Source: Octopus sinensis
Taxonomy: Eukaryota
DNA: 64,000 nucleotides
Direction: 5' to 3'
NCBI RefSeq assembly: GCF_006345805.1
Contig: NC_043009.1
Span: 2,356,001 to 2,420,000 of the forward strand
Part shown: positions 56,587-64,000 of the stretch, in pieces
Layout: each line of letters starts with the position of its first letter
How positions within the stretch are numbered: position 1 is the first letter of the stretch
Position numbers and translations under genes: made by a program
Notes under the pieces: model-generated
The model's input: only the letters and a program-made list of their open reading frames with translations
Database searches by the model: none
Told to the model about the DNA's origin: nothing

Positions 56587-56587
56587 T

Positions 56588-56627
<40 letters not shown>

Positions 56628-56640
56628 AATATATATATAT

Positions 56641-56673
<33 letters not shown>

Positions 56674-56677
56674 TTAA

Positions 56678-56714
<37 letters not shown>

Positions 56715-56967
56715 CGTATATATATATATATATATACGTATATATATACAGAGAGAGTGTGAGAGAGATAGACAAGTATGAATACATATAAATATTATGC
56801 ATGTGTGTGTGTGTGTGTGTGTGTGTTTATACGAACGTCTAAATAATACTCACGCATTTATTTAGATTCAGGCATTTCTACGAAAGGACGAACATGTGGT
56901 AAGTATATGTATAGGCATACATAAATTCATACACACATGCACACACATATGTATGAATGTATTTACA

Positions 56968-57019
<52 letters not shown>

Positions 57020-57875
57020 CATATATGCATATATATACACGTAAATATATATGCAAAGATATAAAATATATACATACGGGGACACACACACACACACATA
57101 TATAGATTGTTAAATATCTATTTATATATTGTATGTGTGTGTATGCGCTGGGTTTATTGGAATATGTTCCTATGTACGTATTCTTATTTTCTGTTAGTGG
57201 TTGACTCCGTGTACATAAATGTCATGTCATCGATTCATTCGGAATAATTTCACTCGTTTCTTCAAGTACAGATATCAGGCTAGGTAGCGTACGTCTATAA
57301 AATTATGTGCGCAACATACATACATAAATACATACATACATACATACATACACACGTACATACATATATATATACATACATACATGCATGCATGTATGTA
57401 TACGTACATTTACACACGTACATACAAACGCAAACGAATTTACACATATAAGCACATATGTGTTCTATACGTAATTATATTCGTGTGTATGTGTCTATTA
57501 CTGTGTGTGTTTTGAAATGCGTATGTGTACATGCGATATTGTGTGCATAGATGTTCTATTTACTGACCTTTCATTAATAGTATATTGCCGACAGTAAATT
57601 CCACTTGACACCAGGAACAATTTTCTACCTGAAGGTGTCATTGTTTTCAGCTTGCTCATGCATCGTATTAAACCTGATATGAACATAAGATTGGATGGAA
57701 TCTTCTTAATTGGTGTTGTATATCTATCTATCTATATATATCTAATATCTATCTATCTATCTATCTACATAAACTACATATTTGTCTAGCTATATATTTT
57801 ATTTAACTCGTTCCATTTACTAAACCGCGGCACTACTAGCTCGCCCCCACACACTCACACATATGTGTATGTATA

Positions 57876-57948
<73 letters not shown>

Positions 57949-57954
57949 ATAGGA

Positions 57955-58140
57955 TAATTCACAAAAAAACAAAAGGCGAAGACAGGTGGTGCTATACTAA
58001 TACAACAAACAGATGTATTACTATAACGCGCGGGAAGTGAAAAATTCTTTACGTTTCGAGCCTTCGATCTTCGTCGGAAGGGAACACAGTAAGAAACAAG
58101 GAGAGAAAATAAAGAATGTCTAGTGAATAGCAATCGGTCA
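57955..58140 (-). mobile_element. PLE-end-like repeat with hammerhead motif at 58047-58080
   Basis: Helix I CUU/AAG, core CCGACGA+A, helix II GAUC/GCUC (one mismatch), GAAA, ACGU, triplet GUA. Confidence 0.55.
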
Positions 58141-58359
58141 TGGCGTATGCCGGACAGAAGGGTAACACAGGAGATCTAGGGAGAAGGGGAGATAATAAAG
58201 AAGTGGTGATCCCAAAACGAACGTTTGCGGGCATAGGTATTTATAGAGTTTGTATGTGCATGAGGAAGAGGGCTGGTGGACTTGACGGTGCGTTTTGTAT
58301 GTATAGGAGTGAAAATGTGGGTATGGAAAGTGGTCAGTGTTAGTATGTGCGTGGTGGTG

Positions 58360-58790
58360 TCTTGTGATGTGATGTTTTGTGTGGTATGGTGGTGTATGGT
58401 GTAGTGGTTTGGTGTAATAGTGTTGGGAGGTGGGGAAGCCGACAATGGGCAAAGAAAGGGTGGGGTGTGGTTTAAGCTGAAGGGAGATAGAGGTGGGTTA
58501 TGTGGGTAGGCGGAGGGTGGGGATAGACATGGGGTATGTGGGTGTGGGTGTAATGAATGGGGTGAGGTGGGATGGAGAAGGGCAGGGAATTTGGGGTGGA
58601 AAGTGTAGGGGTGGGGTGCCCTAATAGGGAGGGATGACGATGAAGGGGAAAGGAGAAGGTGGGTAGGAGTGAAGAGAAGAGAGTAGGCTTGAAGAGAAGT
58701 AGGAGGCGGAGCAAGAGAGGAGATGTGGGTGGAAGGAAGTAGGTGTGAGGGGGAAGATGCGTGTTGAGCCCATGTGGTGTAAAGTAGCAA
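58360..58790. repeat. G-rich purine-biased low-complexity tract
   Basis: Many GG/GGG/GGGG runs on the plus strand. Confidence 0.8.
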
Positions 58791-59513
58791 AGAGTGAAGA
58801 TTAATCTCTGTTCACGGCGCAAACGGTAGTCCAGATGTTAGTCATACATTTTTATAGTCACACATACATATATGTGTATATATATATATATATATAAACA
58901 GCGTTAGCGGTTATAATAACCGACTAAGGGATAAAGTATCCGTATATACTAACGGTATCCTTTATTCATATTATCGCTGGGCAGGAGTATGCAGGCACAC
59001 AGGTAACAACAATAAACACAATTTTATCAGGAAAGAAGTATAAACAATAAATAAATGGAGAATACCTCGGATCAACAAACACATGAATTGGATTACATTT
59101 ATAGCTTTTTATGTAATACAAAACATGACATAATATTTATGTGACATAGCAAATCTTACAGCCGTTTCCGCATCCGATGCCATCAATATCTACAAATAAT
59201 TGCGAAAATAAAATTATTCCTTATCACAGGACATCCGAACCAGGACACGGTGTTTCATCAGAGCAAAACAAAAGCATCCAAAATATATAAAAGGAAGAAG
59301 GAACGGGAAGGAAAACCTGGCCTAGAAAAGAAGCCTGGAAGCTCAAAATTTTAAAAGTATAGGGCTACGATAGCCCTACCATCATAGGGCAACGATGTCC
59401 GCAGGCAAGAGAGTTAGCTACTACTGGTCTAGGGAGTAGAAAATATATTTTACGGGTAATTTCAATATAAAGATGTTTTAAAATTTATGATTAAAAAATT
59501 ATCAAAAAAAAAA

Positions 59514-59634
59514 AACAATACCAGGAAACTTACTAACCTGAATATTGAAGGGCATCACTGATGCTAACGAAAATAACAATACCAGGAAACTTACTAACAG
59601 GAATATTGAAGGGCATCACTGATGCTAACGAAAA
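59514..59634. repeat. 61-bp-period tandem duplication
   Basis: aacaataccaggaaacttactaac(ct/ag)gaatattgaagggcatcactgatgctaacgaaaa twice, two mismatches. Confidence 0.95.
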
Positions 59635-60422
59635 CGCAGCTAGTTAAAACATTAGTGTAGTGTGCTTAAGATAATGTAGGCAGAGAATTAATACAGAAAG
59701 CCACAGCTGTTGTTCGCAACAAGGAACAAGGAAGGTTTGCATCACCGCATACCATACACTGCAAAGCGAATCTAATTAGAAAAACACTTGTGCTTTATGT
59801 CGTGACCGGGGGGAGGCATATTATCTTATGCCTTATTATCTAACACACACACACACGCACACACCTGTTCAATTTCCACACATTTATTATTCACAGTTTT
59901 TCCTCCAAAATTTTCGTTGCCTTTGCAACTTTGGCAAAACCCTATAAATTCGTCGGAGATATAGGCAATGAATCATGGGAACGATACTCATATTGCAACA
60001 AATACGAAACATAGCATATAAACTAATATACGCAAACAACATACACATGAAAATAATAAAAGCATTGTTGTTTCAGAGACCTCTCGGTCAGAAATCGAGG
60101 CGACAGTACCTACAGTAGCTTGTCAACAATAACACAAATTCACGCGTTACTACAGATGTGGTGGCCTCATATGAACATTATTTGACGGTAAATTTTACAA
60201 AAATCTGTCCACAATCTAAGAAGAAATACAGAACTTAAAATGAAGATGAGTCTGTGAATGTATTGAAACGTTGACCATGGATTTAGGAAATTTAGTCATC
60301 CAAACTAAATGCAAAACACTATTAGGAAACTATGAAAAATTCTCTAATACCAAAAACAACATAAATTCAATAGTCTGATTTTTAAGGAAACGCACATATA
60401 TATGTAGATTTAGGTATAATGG

Positions 60423-60488
<66 letters not shown>

Positions 60489-61151
60489 CTATCCTTCCAT
60501 GGATGTAAACAAACAAACATAAACATAATTATGAAAGCTTTTCCCTACCTCTTCGAAATTTAAGAATTATGTCTATTTGTTTCACTCAATATTTTTCCAA
60601 ACCTTGTTCGATAATTCATTGGAATACTTCCGTAGTCAAGCTATTCAAACATGCAGACGACTGGAAATGTTATTTGCAAAGCATGATTTAATGGATCGAC
60701 CGTTATTAATCCAAAATGGATTAAAGGATAATAATTTCATATTATGTTTTGTTGGGTTGTTTTGTTTTTAGAAAAAAAATGTAATTTAAAATGTCAACCA
60801 AGATAGAAACAATATCTTTAATTTTGGAAATTGAAAGAATGTCACTAGTTGTAGACTTGGCACTCGTTGCAGATGTTGGTGAGTGGTAAGAATATCACTT
60901 TCCAACCACATCATTCCAAGATCAGTGACACTGAGTGACAGCTTGTGTTCTACTATATCTCAGCAGGGCCAACTAAAGCTTGTGAGACTAATAGGTAGAC
61001 GGAAACAGAAAGCGGTATCATATACATATATATATATAATATATATAATATATATATTCATAGATAGATAGGGAGATCGATACATATATATATATATATA
61101 ATATATTTATATATATATATATATAATATATATAATAATTAACTACATACA

Positions 61152-61187
<36 letters not shown>

Positions 61188-61223
61188 TATATACATATTC
61201 AGATATATAAATTCAAAATTCAA

Positions 61224-61428
61224 AATGTGACCGCGTGTGTACCGTTGGCGATATTTTCCCCTCTGTCTTCCCTTCTCTGGATCTTTCCTTCTCCTATGTT
61301 TCCGACGAAGAGCTCCACTCGAAACGTAAAACCTCCTTCTTCTCTTCCTTCCCGAGCGTCCAATAATACTATATTTGTTCCACGTCCTGTTGTTGTGTGC
61401 TTCTCTTTGTGTTTTCATGTTTGGATTA
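61224..61428 (+). mobile_element. PLE-end-like repeat (family H4) with hammerhead motif at 61298-61332
   Basis: Helix I GUUU/AAAC, core CCGACGA+A, helix II GAG/CUC, GAAA, ACGU, triplet GUA. Confidence 0.7.
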
Positions 61429-61450
61429 GCTTTTAATATATTTATATATA

Positions 61451-61533
<83 letters not shown>

Positions 61534-61963
61534 ATGATATATGTTATATATATATATATATATTGTATCGCCATTTGTTATGACGATACTTGTTTTACGC
61601 TATAACCGTATACTAAACAATAAAATATATGATGAAGCAGCATAACACACAACCTAACAATCCAACTAACGCCCCACATACTATATACAAACTAAGAAAC
61701 AATATTCCCAAAACTACGAAAACGACACCTTACGAGTTCCTGCGATTAATGCCAAACTCAGCCCATCTCACTCATGCCGCTACTGTTTATAGTCGTTCGG
61801 TCAGTACATTTTAGCAGGGGGTGTCGTGACTCTCGCTACAACAACAACAACAGCACACATACACACACACACACACACATATATTTATATATATATATAT
61901 ACATACACATATATATATATATACATTTATATATACATATATGTTTATAAAATATATGCACAT

Positions 61964-62019
<56 letters not shown>

Positions 62020-62214
62020 ATGTGTGTTTGAGATTAAATTTTTTTTTATCTGTATCGTTCAATACATCTCAACGCTTCTATATATATTTCGTGACGTCCT
62101 GTGCCCACATATGCATATATATATGAACGTATAGATGTAAGTATGTATATATACGTATGTATATATGCATATATATATATATATTATATATAATATATTT
62201 ATAATATCTTATAT

Positions 62215-62245
<31 letters not shown>

Positions 62246-63677
62246 TATTTACATATTATATAATGAACGCCACGCATCCTCTCTTCCAATAAGTTTTATC
62301 ATAATAATTCTGCGCATAATAATTCTGATGCGCACTCTATGCGATCTTCTTACTCTTTCGTTTTAATCTCTTTCTTTCTCTTATTCTTTTACTTCGTCTT
62401 CTCCCACTAATCTATTCTGTTAGTCTCTCACTCTCTCTACCTCACTTCTCCTCCCACGTGACCATCTGCCATCTTCCTCTCTTTCCTAGCTTGTGTTTCT
62501 TTCTCTCCGTTGTAGCTGGAACAAGGAAGACGTGTTCTTGTTTGTCTCCTGTCCAAGCTTGATTTGCGCGTTCGCCACCACAACCTAGTTTAGCCTTCGC
62601 AGCCCTTCCTGCTTGTTTTCACTCTCCTGTTTGTGTTACCAATTTTGACCCACTGCAAAAATCCGAAATTTTATTTAATTTGTTTTATCGAAAGCGTATA
62701 ATGTTGTTACATGCTCGAAATACGAGAATGGAAAAACAGCCAATAACTGATAAAGGATCGTTTAACTTGTCTGTTTTGTTTCCATTTGAGTCTTTCGATG
62801 TTCGAAAGAATAGTTCATGTTCCATGTACTCGTGGTTCGTATTTTTTGTTGTACACATTTCACGACGTTGATAGAATTAGTACCAAACTTTAGAAAAGTC
62901 AGTATGGGTATGTTTGCAATATATTCTACTAAACTTTACACTGCGGTATCCCAGCACGGCCGCACTTAACTCATTGAAGCAGGTATAAAAGTTTTAAAAA
63001 TAATCTCACGACTTCAATCCAAATGTGAGGGAGTACTCAAAAGAAATCATACTTTTGCAATATTATTTTTTTTACTTAATTTTACATGTTTACACTTTTA
63101 TCGCCGACGCGTTTTCCACTGTTCGAAGAAGTCCTGGAGCTCTTGTGAAGTGATCCATTGCAACGCCTCCGTCGTTTTTTTTTTTTTTTTGTTTTGTTCT
63201 TCCATATCTGCAAAACGCTTTCCATTAAAGACTTTATCATTCGGGGAAACAAAAAAGGGATCTTTTCGGTTTGAACGGCAGTTTTTACCATAATTTCTAG
63301 GTAAATAAAAATTTTAAAACTCTGTATGCTGGTAGAATGTGTTTATAAAACATCTTTTTCTGTTGGCTTTATTGAGAAAATTCTATAGTTTGTAAGATAT
63401 TTGTTTTTTTTCTTCAATTTCTGCAACTTCAACCAATCGGTGACGTCTATTGAGTTAAAAAGCATTCTGTGCCGTATGCATATATCCCTCGTTTAAGAAA
63501 CAGATTGAGTTTATTTACATTTGTGAAGAAAAAAAGATACCCTTCTCCCACCCCTAACCCTACCTAACCCTAACCAACCCGAAAAGATCTCCAAAAAGAA
63601 AAAAAAAAGTCGCTGTCCAAGATCAGGTCAATTGGGCTTGTGGGTACGCCGGGTCACTCATTCTCTCATGACTGTTT

Positions 63678-64000
63678 TTAGACTTCCGGGAGCAAACGAA
63701 GCACAAACTTTGCTACAATTATATTCATTCGCAATTCATCGGTCAAAACTCGTTTGCAGACGCTCCTGTACACACTACTCATATCAATAAGTTCCTCAAT
63801 TGTTCGGCGACAATACTCCGAGATCCCTTTATGCATTTTCGTGATGTTCTCATTCGTTCGAGGAATCGACGGTCTCCATGAACGAGGTTGGTCTTCAAGC
63901 GACAGATGACCGTTCCTATAGCATGGAAACGACTCGTAAACGTGTGCATTGCTCATAATAGTGTCCATGTAACCGGTTTGAATCATGACAACTCTTTCGG
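63678..64000 (-). mobile_element. mariner transposase N-terminal/HTH fragment
   Basis: G..SLEDQPRS.RPS..RTNENITK....I.E..RRTIEEL......S....+LTDELRM..+.AKFV.RLL. Confidence 0.85.

Noticed and set aside
59251-59270. CTGATGA words on the minus strand (59255 and 54770) as hammerheads
   Set aside because: No GAAA after a stem and no helix I or III closure
63551-63580. Telomere-like ccctaa repeats
   Set aside because: Only about three degenerate units inside a dispersed repeat; not a telomeric array

Overview
Eukaryotic, AT-rich, microsatellite-saturated DNA. The SINE, LINE and mariner content looks like a cephalopod (Octopus-like) genome; this is inferred from repeat style, not from a search. 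No intact protein-coding gene is visible, and almost all ORFs in the track are translations of simple repeats. Recognisable content: three or more tRNA-derived SINE families (about 20 copies); 3' fragments of RTE, CR1 and R4/Dong-type (restriction-like endonuclease) LINEs; Helitron, mariner DD34D, maT DD37D, hAT and Penelope-like (PLE) GIY-YIG relics; a Tigger-like MITE; several long fold-back inverted repeats; and short splice-bounded ORFs that may be exons of an unidentified host gene. The most striking signal, found by manual folding, is nine minimal type I hammerhead-ribozyme motifs in about five unrelated short repeat families. They share C(U/C)GANGA...GAAA cores and palindromic helix III, and their helix I sequences differ while staying complementary. 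One sits in a tRNA-headed SINE with a target-site duplication (TSD) and another in the loop of a 660-bp fold-back. A second system is a set of co-oriented retroelements that pile up inside (TAA)n microsatellites. All structures and alignments were done by eye and need computational confirmation.
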